A stretch of DNA of 42,898 nt from Nemertoderma westbladi (lineage: Eukaryota; Animalia; Xenacoelomorpha). The notes beneath the pieces were generated by a model. It searched no databases and had not been told where the DNA came from. It saw only the letters and a program-made list of their open reading frames with translations. Made by a program: the position numbers and the translations under genes. The DNA lies in assembly GCA_032718475.1 (NCBI GenBank), contig JAUCBJ010002189.1:1-42898 (forward strand). The letters run 5' to 3'. Each line of letters starts with the position of its first letter. Positions within the stretch are counted from its first letter, which is position 1. This document shows, in pieces, positions 31,804-42,898 of the stretch.

Positions 31804-32895
31804 GGGTGCATGTAAAGAGCGGACTGCGGACTGTGGACTGCGGAATGCCAAAATCCAGGCGGTCAATTTAAATTATCGACTTCCAAACTAAGAATCCGTT
31901 CTTTGTTGTCTGGACAAATGGCGGACTAAAGCCAGTAAATTGTAACCTGATTGGCTCAATCATTTACATAGGCTGAAAGGGAACTTAAAGAATGAATCAT
32001 CCCATTGCAGCATTGGCTTTTAAATGTTTACCATTGTGCAACACTGTAATACAGGAAATAATTATCCTATACAGTAATTACATGGACTGTTGATTAAGGG
32101 GCTACTACTAGTGGCGAACCTATACCTACTGAGGACTAGTGGCGAACCTATACCTCTACTGTAAATACAGTAGTAGGCTAATCAGGTAATATTTTCCTAA
32201 ACATTCACATCAAGGCACTCTCATTTTACGTAAACCTGGATGTATTATAGTAAGTTTAGTTTTGGACGTTTAAGAATAGGCCTACTACACGTGCAATACA
32301 GCCCCGCCATCGATTACGTTACTTATTATAGGCTACTTACTAATTAAGTAGGACTACCGGTGCGGTATCAATTAAGCTGCCATCAGCAGGCATGTACTGT
32401 TGGCCTACCGGCTACTGGCAACTGGTCAGCCGGTTGAAGTTTTCGATTAATTCAAACTAAAACTAAGTAGTACTTAGTTTTAATTTCCCAGTACTAAGTA
32501 GACCAGTTGCCAGCCGGTAGGCCAACAGTACATGCCTGCTGACGGCAGCTTAATTGATACCGCACCGGTAGTCGTACTTAATTACTTGCAGTATAATTAT
32601 GCTGTAGCAATGTTGGAATATTGTTTGTGTTTCCATCTCTATGCTGCTATGTGTCACAATGAAAACATTTAAGCCAATAAGAGGATTCAGGAAAGTTCCC
32701 TTTGGGCCTATGTAAATGATTGAGCCAATCAGGTTACAATTTTCTGGCTTCAGTCCGCCGTTTGTCCAGACAACAAAGAGCGGATTCTTTCATTATAATG
32801 CTATAATTCAAATTGACCGCGCATATATTTGGGCTTTTAATTGACAATCCACAGTCCATAGTCCGCAGTCCGCAGTCCGCTCTTTACATGCACCC
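31804..32895. mobile_element. Non-autonomous Mutator-like foldback element, 1092 bp
   Basis: Termini GGGTGCATGTAAAGAGCGGACTGCGGACT and its reverse complement; long imperfect TIRs; 10-bp TSD ATTCTTCCGG (31794-31803, 32896-32905). Confidence 0.85.
32341..32584. repeat. Internal hairpin with ~85-bp arms
   Basis: TAATTAAGTAGGACTACCGGTGCGG...CAACTGGTC pairs with GACCAGTTG...CCGCACCGGTAGTCGTACTTAATTA. Confidence 0.88.
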
Positions 32896-33920
32896 ATTCT
32901 TCCGGTACTGCTAGTGGGGCCCATTGTCAGTGAATTCTGCTTATTGTTTTGTATTCTGATTAGGCCTACTGCTGTACTGGGTATATTGGATTTGTTATTA
33001 GGTCATTAATAGTATTGTAGGTAGGCCTACCATTGTTGCCCCAGTGGTAGAACTAATAACCCTACCAGACCTGTCTACAGACCTGTCTAGAGTAGTCCTG
33101 CTAGACCTACCAGAGTAGTCTTTGCCTTACAATTAGGGCTATGGTACAGTAAATATGTATAGCTGTAGGCCTATATGTGCAGTTCACAGTACAGGGTACA
33201 GCTGATTCATCAACCATGCCATTGCTGATTGATTGGTTGATTAGAACTGGGGTGGAAATTCCTTCGACCAATGAATCAAGACCAAGTAAATGAAAATCAA
33301 GACCGACATAAATAAATCAAAAATAAAAATACTATATATGCCATAGTTGGTGAGACTCCCAACCGCTCGACTGTTGTGTGTAATTCTTTTACGCGCTAGC
33401 GGCGTGGCGACTGTTTAATCTTGATGGACGTTGTAATGAAATTTCAACGAAATTTTTCATGCTTGCTACACATATCTCTAAAAAAAACATTTTAGCAAAA
33501 AAATATTTTTTACCAATATTTTACATATCTGTACCATGATAAGCATTTTCCCTGAAAAGGGCCATATTCAATTGTAAAATATCGTGCTGCTCGAAGGCTT
33601 GTCAGAAATCAGACTATCTCTTACATTTTGGCTATTAACTTGAGTTTGGGAAAATATATGATGAGATAGCTGCTTGCAGATTTGAAATGTCAGATCAGAT
33701 GAAATAATATATAAAAATAATAATAGATTATATTTTTATTACTTTTAGTAACAATTATTAATGTTAACGCAAAATATACAAAATAATTAATATGAAATTA
33801 AATGTTAAAAAATATATATTTATATAATAATAAATTAATTTAATTTAAAAAGAATAGATGTAAAATTTCACATTGATATATGATTTAATTATATTAGAAC
33901 TATTTTTCATTTGCATCTAG

Positions 33921-34205
33921 TACCATGGGCTGGCTCATTTACCTCACCATGTCACACCAACTACATCGGAGATGTTTCTCTAATGAAACAGAACGACATT
34001 GACAATTATAGAAAATGCATGGCAGGATGCGGCATAATTACACAATGTACTGCTGCTGTGTGGGCCTGGGACGACGAAGATCTGACAGCCAAATTATGTC
34101 TGTTTGAAAATCCAACAGTTTCTGATACCAAACTAAGCAACATCATTGATACATATGGAGATAATGTGGCATTCTTTGACAAGGTGGACAAAATCGAATT
34201 TCAGT
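33921..34205 (+). CDS. Host gene exon: PAN/Apple domain 2
   Basis: TAG acceptor, GTAAGT donor, 285 bp phase 1-1; CMAGC.....CTAAVW...C. Confidence 0.75.
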
Positions 34206-34309
34206 GTAAGTTCGTTTTACAAAATGTTCCTATTTTATCAAATGTTCTTAATTAATATATTATTTAACAGTTTCAATAATTGATAATAATTGAATATTTT
34301 ATTACCCAG

Positions 34310-34438
34310 GCCCAGTAGAGGATCCCTGCCTTGTTTGCCAAACTGGTATAGAATACGACTGTAAGATAACAAAAGGACTGGTTACAGACTGCTGTGCTGA
34401 TGGATACGCTCTTGATGAAAGCGATGGTTCCTGTAAAG
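34310..34438 (+). CDS. Host gene exon: EGF-like Cys-rich module
   Basis: CAG/GT, 129 bp phase 1-1; CPVEDPCLVC...CCADGYALDESDGSCK. Confidence 0.7.
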
Positions 34439-34771
34439 GTTATACGATTATTAAATCAATTACTTTCATGAATATAGAATGTGAAGAAAGGTTTGTGAAT
34501 CTGGCCTTGAGGATGTTAACGTGGTTTGAAACCAACAATGGCAAGGTAATGGCATGGGCCAGTGCGAGAGATAACTTTGCAGGTGCTGTAAAATCTGCTG
34601 CGAAATCGACTATTGACTTTTTAAAAATAAGATGGTGGTAAACTTAAACAGTAATAACGAGATATAATTTTGTAATTTTTTTGTTTACTGACTGGTCTTT
34701 ATGGTCAAAAATTTCGGCAGATTAAATTAATTAATTTTTTTACAGCATTGAATAGTCTATCCAGAGTCACA

Positions 34772-35480
34772 TAGAATAAACGGAATCTCAAGTTTCGATT
34801 ATTTAGGGAAGCAGTAGATCCTGTATTCCTATATGGGAGTCCATGCCAACTGCAGATGATACCAAATCTCTGGATGGCACATATATAAGAATGCTGCCAC
34901 GTTCAATGTGTTAAGTACAATGAACACATCTCCAATCAGACTATACAACATTGGAGGTGTTTCCTTAGTCTTATAATATTATACTGCATGGATATATTAT
35001 TATAATATATATATTATTATTATTATGTTTTCTTTCTAATATAATTTAAAGATATATTATTATTACTATATAAAGAGGTGTGAAGAATTGTTGAAAAATT
35101 AAATAAAACAGAGTTTGACAAAAATGTTTTATTATTCAAAAAATATATAGAATATAATATTAAACTAGCTTACGATAAATTATTTCTAAATTATTATATT
35201 ATCTCGATCCAACTCCCTGTCGTTTGTAAACTGTCCCTTTATAAAATATTTATAAATTAAATTATTATCATTATATATATATATTGAGTCACCTCCGCTT
35301 TGCAGGACATTGCTTTCACTGGTGAGAACAAGCCAGTGCACAATCTTGTGTTTTGGCGGCCTCATGGAGTGAATAAGCATAGCAGAAAACCCATTACTTT
35401 TTGAGACACCTCTTAAAGGACACTACCCTTGAAGATGCGGATGATCTAGCAAATATCTTGGGTGATAAGGAGTTGTCGTG
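34772..35480 (+). mobile_element. Two decayed pieces (34772-34970, 35291-35480) of the same RTE family as 30068-31730
   Basis: Matches to 31223-31430 and 31462-31650, separated by AT-rich low-complexity DNA. Confidence 0.75.
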
Positions 35481-35545
35481 TCAATAGCCAGTTTATTTAA
35501 ATATGATCACAATAATACAATAATTCTTATAATAATAATTAACAG

Positions 35546-35686
35546 ATGTAGATGAGTGTGCTGCTGATACTCACGGATGTACTGAAAGTGACACTACAAT
35601 TGGAAGTTGCAGAAACATTGTGGGAAGCTATCAATGTGATTGTAAAGATGGCTTCTCACCAACAACTAATCTACATCAATGCCAAG
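35546..35686 (+). CDS. Host gene exon: calcium-binding EGF domain
   Basis: CAG/GTAAC, 141 bp phase 1-1; DVDEC...C.N..GSYQCDC..GF. Confidence 0.88.
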
Positions 35687-35721
35687 GTAACAACAAATTA
35701 TTTTTTTATTTACAGATAATG

Positions 35722-37000
35722 ACTACAACTACTAGGTCGAGTGAGCTCGGACAGTGGAAATAAGATCCATCCAAGCTTTCCGCTTCTCCATAGTTGTCGC
35801 AATTTCGTTTCTCTCAAATCCAGTATCCATTTCAAGCTGGTCATATATGTTATAGCCAGTCGTCCACGGCTACGCTTTCCATCTGGTATGACCTCATGTT
35901 TACTTCTACAGAGGTGCCCTCTGAATCTTAATCTACGTTCATGGAGGGTGGTTGATACAGGTGGTATTGTACCATAAAGCTCGGCAATTGTTATGTATTG
36001 TATCCAACTGATATTTAGGGCTCCCCTTAGTAATCTTGTGTAGCAACCATAAATTCGTTGTTCAAGTTTATTCTAGTTTCATCAGTATCCAATCCAGCCC
36101 TGTATAAAAGTGCACTTTCAATTTTGGCTAGCAGGATAAAGTGAGCAAGACAAGAGTCTTGGAGAGGTTTGATTTCCAGATGGTACCCATCTTTCACTTT
36201 GACCTTTAGTCCCTTTCAGACCTTTAGACTTTTTCCCTTTCAGCATCCGGTTGCAAACATCCAATAATGGTCTGTTTAGCACTCCTGTTTTCCATACCTC
36301 TGCATGGATTTCATCTAATCCATTCGTTTTATGGTTGGACATGCTTTTAATGCTTCTTTGGAGTTCAGCGGGTGTGAAGTCCCCTTTTTCTATAGGTAGC
36401 GTCTTGTCATATATTTTCCTTGTAGGGCTGACCTCGATGTTTGGTGGCTGCCCAAGAAAGTTGCTGAAGTGATTTTTCCACTTCCCAACACGTTCTTCAG
36501 GGACTATCGGCTTTGAGGCGCCCCTTTGCACAACTTTTCCAACCAGATACCTCATTTACAGTTTGCCAGGTAAGTCTTGATTGTTGCTGTATGTGAGCAG
36601 TTGTAATTGCTTCAGTTTTATCCTGTATGTACTTCTCCTGGCTGATGTTGTAGGCCAATTTAAGATCGTCCTTAGCTTTCTTAACCTTGTTAATGTTTTC
36701 TGTTGTTGGTTGTTCGGTTTTAACTTTGTAGGCTATCTTAAGATCTTATCTCTTACAAGTAACCTCAGAGTCTTGCCATGGCACATAATGTTTTCGTTTG
36801 GGTTTCTGGGGGATACGCCTCTTGGGTGATTCCTTGTAGGCTTTTATTATATTCTGGTATATTGAATTGGTAGACTGTTCGTCATCCATAGACTGATGTG
36901 CTTCAAAGCGGTTTTGAACATCTACTGTGTAAGCATCCTTTACTGCATTGTCAGTTCTGAGTTTCTTCCAGTCATAGTTGATTCGCTTGCTTGTCCTGGC
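35722..37000 (-). mobile_element. Internally deleted RTE LINE, same family as 1628-1901
   Basis: 35722-35990 is the reverse complement of 1628-1901 including the TAG-type tail; KWKNHF..FLG...GLDEI.AEVWK. Confidence 0.85.
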
Positions 37001-38056
37001 ATATATTTTATATATGAATTATGTATGAATCTCAGTATTCTCAAGTCTTTGATAACACACAACTAATAAACATTACATTAATCTTTCGTTTAAATTCATT
37101 AATTTAATGAATCTATTATTTTTATTTATCTTATCAAAATACCTCTAATATCCTCTAATAGTCTGTCATTTACAATATCATATTAATTAAATAATATAAT
37201 CAAACCTTCACGAGTTGTCTACATTCATTTCATTCCGGACTTTACGCCACCGGGGGCTATATTTAAAATGGTCTGGCGAAATAGGTAAATATTACATAAA
37301 ACACAGTTAGTAATGGTGCAGTGATGGTATGATCCGCTCCAACAGGAAATATAAAAGGGTCTAGCAATTAAAAAGAGAATGCATGTAGTATTAAGCACTT
37401 CAGAGTATTACAGTATGATTAGTAATTAAGAGCAAATGCAGTGAAACGTTACATGGCAACAGGTAAAATATAATATAAAAAAAAAGTTTAAAATCACATG
37501 AAACTGGCTAAATGGTCAAATAGTGGATGAACCAAGAGTCAAATTGTTATAGAATGAAGCTTAATTTTAAGATACAGTAGTTACACCCGATAATTGAATA
37601 TAAGGATTATGTACACTTGGATACCGCTCCTGAGGTAGAAAAAGCCGATAAATGGGATAAAGAACCATATAGTTCTAATATTCATTTCACTTAAACTCAA
37701 ATCATATTATAATTGCAGTGTGTAAGCAAATATAGTATGGCATAGTATACGCTTAGGAATTACGAATTTAACTACAACATGTGCAATATAAAGATATTGA
37801 CTTGACATTAAAGCTAATAATTTAAAGAGCTTGACAGACATTTTCTTTAAAAAGTAACATTAGAGAACAAAATGCATTTTCAACATTGCGTATCATTACA
37901 CCCCATAATATGCTAGAATTGATTCATGTTTATCTGTGGGTGAGTGTGTTTGGTCATCGAGAATTGCTGTAAGATATAAGTAACTAAAAGTGTCTTTGTA
38001 TGTCATTTTAGTCTTATTCCGTTGTCGGGATCCTTTTATACATGCTTTTATGTTAT

Positions 38057-38323
38057 ACTAGCAGGCAATACCCGAGGCATGTTACCCGGTATTTCTCGCT
38101 ACCGGCATAGGCCTACTGGCGTACTTGTACCGGTATAGGCCTACTGACATACCGGTACCCAGTACCGGTACCAAACGTGAATTAAACTTTTCGAAAAGTG
38201 GCCTATAACGACCGCTGGTTAAAGTTATACACACATACCAAGTTCCAGCGCAATCCCACCGCCCGTTTTGGAGGAGTTCGAACACACAGAGAGAGAGAGA
38301 ATTTGATTTTTATAGGTATAGAT
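38057..38323 (+). mobile_element. Short Helitron/Helentron-related (HINE/Lep1-like) element
   Basis: Starts ACTAG with CCCG motif, internal palindromes, (AC)(AG)n microsatellite, ends TATAGGTATAGAT; sits at the 3' part of a LINE. Confidence 0.55.
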
Positions 38324-41005
38324 TTGCTTGTCACTAGGCTTTGTAAACTAGGTAATCCGTATTTCCAGCTTCCGATTTCATAACCCGCAAACAAGTTATC
38401 TTGACAGATTCCACTTAAGTGTTCACTTAGTGTTATGCCAAATAGGTAAATGACTTTGATTTCCACAATTGAATAGGCTATGTCGACTTTTGCTATATAC
38501 CACAAGATCATCCACATCATCAACTCTAAGTATTTCATTGAGAGTTGCATTTGATACATAATTTCCAACTTCCAGCAGTGATCGCATTGCTTTTCTGAGG
38601 GTTCTGTTAACATTTTCTGTATCAGAAAGATCAATATTGCCATTCCCATACATTATAGATGGCATACATATGGAACGCCAAACTACACCTGTAACATGCA
38701 AAGGAACATCTCGCACTGTAAAACCTATATCCTTCACTCGAGATACATTCTGCCATATTTTCTTGATAAAATGATCATTAATGTTGGCTCGTGTGGCTGG
38801 TATTGGGAGACCTACGAAGGTGCACCTTTGTTCTTGCTTCAGGGAACCTCGGCCTCGCCCAATATTGATATAACCTTCACCCAGTGTGGAACCAGTTGGA
38901 TCGCTTACAATGTAATGTGACTTCTTTACATTTAATTCAAGGCCATTTTCTTCAAAGTATAGAGCACAGATATGTATTAGCTTTTTGATGTCCGTCTGTA
39001 AATTTGCAAGAAGCAATATGTCGTCTGCATAACTAACAGCTGAGTAGGACTGTTTACAGATGTGCAGGCCAAGCTTTGATTCTTCTAGTTGTGTAAATAA
39101 ATCTACAAGGTAGAAGTTGAAGAGGCAGGGAGATAACACTCCACCTTGTCTTACTCCACGCTTAAGCAGTATGCCTTCGTTGTATTGTGTGCCACCAATC
39201 CTTAGGTAAGCTACTGATTTAGAATAGTAGGCAAGAAGCAATTCAATCAGTGATGGATCAAGACTAGTTTTTGTCAATTTTTCAAATAGTGATTTGTGAC
39301 TGACACAGTCGTATGCTGCTGATAAATCTAGAGATGCTATGTGCACTGTGGAGCCACCATGGTTAAAACGGTTGATTAATTTATTTGCAATTATATATGG
39401 TATTTCTGTGCTCAGTTTTGCTTTGTACCCCATTTGTAGGTCACTGCTAGCAATATTTGCGAATTCATGTAGAACTATGATTTCCCAGAGTTTTGTAAAT
39501 ACTGGAAGGATAGATATACCCCTATAACTGTCAGTTAAATGCTTGTACCGTCCTGTTCCTTTTAGGATCGGATACAGTATATTTTGACACATCATGATCA
39601 TAGGAAAAGTGCATGTGGCTCTCATGGAATTGAATAACATAGCAATCTGTTTGCATAAAGTTGCTGACATACCCATCTGTAGACTTTCGGATGTTAGGTT
39701 GTTAATATCAGCTGCCTTGCCTTTATGTAGGGATTTTATGGCTATTGCGACATTGTCTTCTGTAATGTATTTTTGAGGCGTGGGTAAATTCATCTTTGAT
39801 GTGCCTGTTTGTTCCTTGTTGCCGCAGAACACGCTGCTATTGTGATCCCCTTTGCTGAAGAATGATTTGTAATGGTTAAAAAGCTTATCGGAATTTTGAT
39901 GCGCTATGGTGTTATTTTTTTTCTGCTCGTATTAGGTTCCAGAATTTTTGATCCTTTGTTGTACAGGTCCTTGCTAGATTTGAGATATGATCGTGATAAG
40001 CCTTTTCTGCGAGTTTTGTTTCAATACGCCTTCTTTGGTGCAGAAGTGTGGCTAGATAGGATTGATTTGAGTTTTTGTTGCTCATTGTATTATGAATTTG
40101 GCCTTTCGTTTCTTGAAGTAGCTTGAAGGTTATTGATTTCCCAGACCTATAGCTTAATTTGTTTTTCCAGTTCCTTGCTCTATTCGGTATTATTGAGGGA
40201 ATACACGATTTAGCAGTGTCCAGCAGAGCTTTTGTGATATATTCAATATGACTTATTGAATCAATGGAGGTAAAGTTTAAATCATTCAACTTATGTTCAA
40301 GATCATCCTTGTACTTGGCAATCTGTTCCTTGCTCGCTTTGTTGAAGTAAAATATACGGTTCTTGATATTATGTGTGGTTGTTGTGCTTTGTAGTATTGG
40401 TTCCTTACATTTCCCCAAAGTAATTGCTGTTAACACTGGAGTGTGGTCAGATATATTTGTGGTGGTTTCTTCAAAGATATGTGATTGTGAGACATTTTTC
40501 ATCATCCTTTGAGCATATTATGTAATCATTAGTGAGCTCCTAATAACTTCTCCACCTTTGGTTTTGAATCTGTAAGTAGCACTGCCTCCAGTTGTGATCG
40601 AGCTTAAGTTGGTGGGTGTAAGATCTAGGGGCAGCAATATGTGTTTCTGGAATAGGTAACCAAAATTAGAGTTTGTGTGGGTAGAATTTACTGCATTGTG
40701 GATTGTTGCATTAATGTCTCCTGCCACTATAACTTCAGCCCCCCTCAGTAATGACTCATCTATTACAGTACTAAGATTGGCACATTCCTCTATATAGTGG
40801 TTGCGGGATTCAGTCTGCTTAGAGTCTGTTGGCATATATGACATGTGCCTACTACAGTGACTTCCTTATCAAAAACCCCATTTATATTGACTTCTAAGAT
40901 TCGATCAGAGGCATTTTTAGGATGGGAACAACTTGGATAAATGTCATCGCGAATTATCATTGCAACTCCTCCTTCTCCCCTTACCCTTTTCTTGTTTATG
41001 AACAT
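38324..41005 (-). mobile_element. Frameshifted non-LTR retrotransposon ORF2 (APE plus RT); 3' part probably continues to ~37220
   Basis: GEGGVAM, YMPT, AGDINA, SDH; YRGIS, QMGY, DLSAAYD, QGGVLSP, YADD. Confidence 0.9.
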
Positions 41006-41234
41006 AGCTTTCGCTACAGTATATTATGTTAATTATATACAGTACATTATGGCCAGCCTAGACAGAGAGACAAACTGCACAGTTGCATTGTATATAAATT
41101 GCATTTAATTCCAACAAGTTGGCCCATCACAGGCTTACTCCTCGCTACCATTAATCTTAATCTACCACTGACCAACTCCACCTTACCATCGAACTACCAC
41201 TGACATACTGCAAACCTCCTCCTGGCTGCTGATA

Positions 41235-41266
<32 letters not shown>

Positions 41267-41440
41267 GAACTGGATGCAATAAAAATTCATCCCTTATTTA
41301 ACATTGAGGCAGGATTGGATATTAATTCACCAAGATGGGAATTGCGTCCAGTTTCTCCCTGTCTCCCTGACTGCTAGAGGTAGTCCTGGACCTGTATATT
41401 TATTTATTTCCATAAAAATGAATATAATATAATTTTATAG

Positions 41441-41566
41441 ATGATGATGAATGTACATTAAACACAGACAACTGCCACATTAATGCTGACTGTTCCAATA
41501 CTGATGGTGGATTTAGTTGTAGTTGCAAAACTGGATACACAGGAGATGGTGTCACTACATGTTTAG
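41441..41566 (+). CDS. Host gene exon: calcium-binding EGF domain
   Basis: TAG/GTAAT, 126 bp phase 1-1; [41 protein letters not shown]. Confidence 0.9.
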
Positions 41567-41684
41567 GTAATAAATAAATTGACATACAATAATTACAAAC
41601 ATAATTCTTTTAATAGCTGAAAACATTTTCTTTTTTATACTATAATTATATTTACTTAAAAATGAATTTAAAATAATTTTATAG

Positions 41685-41809
41685 ATGACGATGAATGTCA
41701 ATAAACACAGACAACTGCCACATTAATGCTGACTGTTCCAATACTGATGGTGGATTTAGTTGTAGTTGCAAAACTGGATACACAGGAGATGGTGTTACTA
41801 CATGTTTAG
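41685..41809 (+). CDS. Near-identical duplicated cbEGF exon, 125 bp (1-bp deletion)
   Basis: Same splice sites as 41441-41566 but GAA TGT CAA TAA replaces GAA TGT ACA TTA. Confidence 0.6.
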
Positions 41810-41948
41810 GTAATAAATTTATATACCATTATAAAGAAGTTATGTGGCTCTTGCATCTGAGGTGGCAGATTACTGGGAGGGATATACTACCTTCACAGAG
41901 GCAGTTAACTTAGCAGCGGCAAGAACAGTTCCAGTCCACCCTTGAAAT

Positions 41949-42898
41949 GGTGTGCGGACATTTCCTCCCCCGGACAGCTCCCCCCGTTCAAGTAGAACTC
42001 TTCCCCCCAGACAATTCTCCCCCAGACACTCCCCCCTGGACACCCCCCCCCCCCCCCCCCCGACTGTTCTTAATTTCGCACATTTTTATTTTTCATTTTG
42101 TAAGGTAAACGGACCGCTCGTATCCAGGCAAGTTGTATCCAATTTTCCTTCCTTAGCTCAGAAAATGATCTTTTGCATCCCGATTTTACATTTTATATCC
42201 AAGTTTTATTTATGGATTTTATCAATGAAATTACATCGTATTGTTTGCTAATATTTAAACAATTAATTAGATGACCAATAAATTTCATCCCCGAATGATA
42301 TAATGTTTTTTTTACTATAGAATTATAATAATTAATTGTTTTAATTATAGTTTAGTTGATGATAATAGTAGCAGATGGGGATGAATATTGAATATTATTG
42401 ATGCAATCAAAATTATTCCTCTCCAGGGGAAAATCGATATGCATCGACCTGTATTCTGTGTCCAGAATTACATATTGATAAACTAATTAAATTTCCTGGT
42501 TACTTGCAATATTTTTAATAGGATTTTGTTAAATTATAATATTGTAGTAATTTTTATATTAATTTGCTTAACATCCAATGCAGTTCCTAATTTAGGCTTA
42601 GTCGACTTATTATCTCATGATACAAACATGAATGAATTATTTCAAAATGGTCTTAAAGTCGTTCACCACGGGCACACAGGGAAATGCCAGGGTTGGTGGC
42701 GGCAGACCCGAACAAAAGAAGCGGGGGTTTAAACAAAAATAAAAAGTAAAACAAACAAAATTTGACTATAAAAATGTATGAAAAAACTTGACTAGATACA
42801 ACTTGTCTGGATACAACTTGACTTGTTTATTGCTTTGATGCCAGATTCATTTTAACACTTTGATTGGGGGGGGGGGGGGGGGGAAGTGTCTGGGGGGA
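41949..42898. mobile_element. Probable foldback/MITE-like element with C-rich subterminal repeats, running off the window
   Basis: GGACA..TCCCCC repeats at 41957-42061; complementary GGGGAAGTGTCTGGGGGA at the window end. Confidence 0.5.

Overview
AT-rich animal (probably invertebrate) genomic DNA, not prokaryotic. Bases 2142-23127 are a full-length but degenerate Maverick/Polinton (adintovirus-type) endogenous viral element, with AGTAGT...ACTACT termini, 530-615 bp terminal inverted repeats (TIRs) and a 6-bp target-site duplication (TSD) CACTGC. Its rightward arm encodes a RING protein, packaging ATPase, small basic core/lytic proteins, retroviral-like integrase, two tandem minor capsid paralogues, major capsid, adenain-like protease and a DEDD-like exonuclease. 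Its leftward arm encodes two orphan ORFs, a protein-primed PolB with an HNH/EndoVII insert and an apparent TATA-binding-protein-like gene. The Maverick inserted into the C-terminal region of an old LINE and was later hit by two related ~1.2-kb solo LTRs, each with its own 5-bp TSD; one splits PolB. The right half (24591 onward) holds exons of a host gene for a secreted or surface protein (signal peptide, two PAN/Apple domains, EGF and calcium-binding EGF repeats). Its introns carry an intact two-ORF LINE, RTE-type LINE fragments, a Mutator-like foldback element and a Helitron/Helentron-like short element. All family assignments come from motif recognition by eye; no searches were run.
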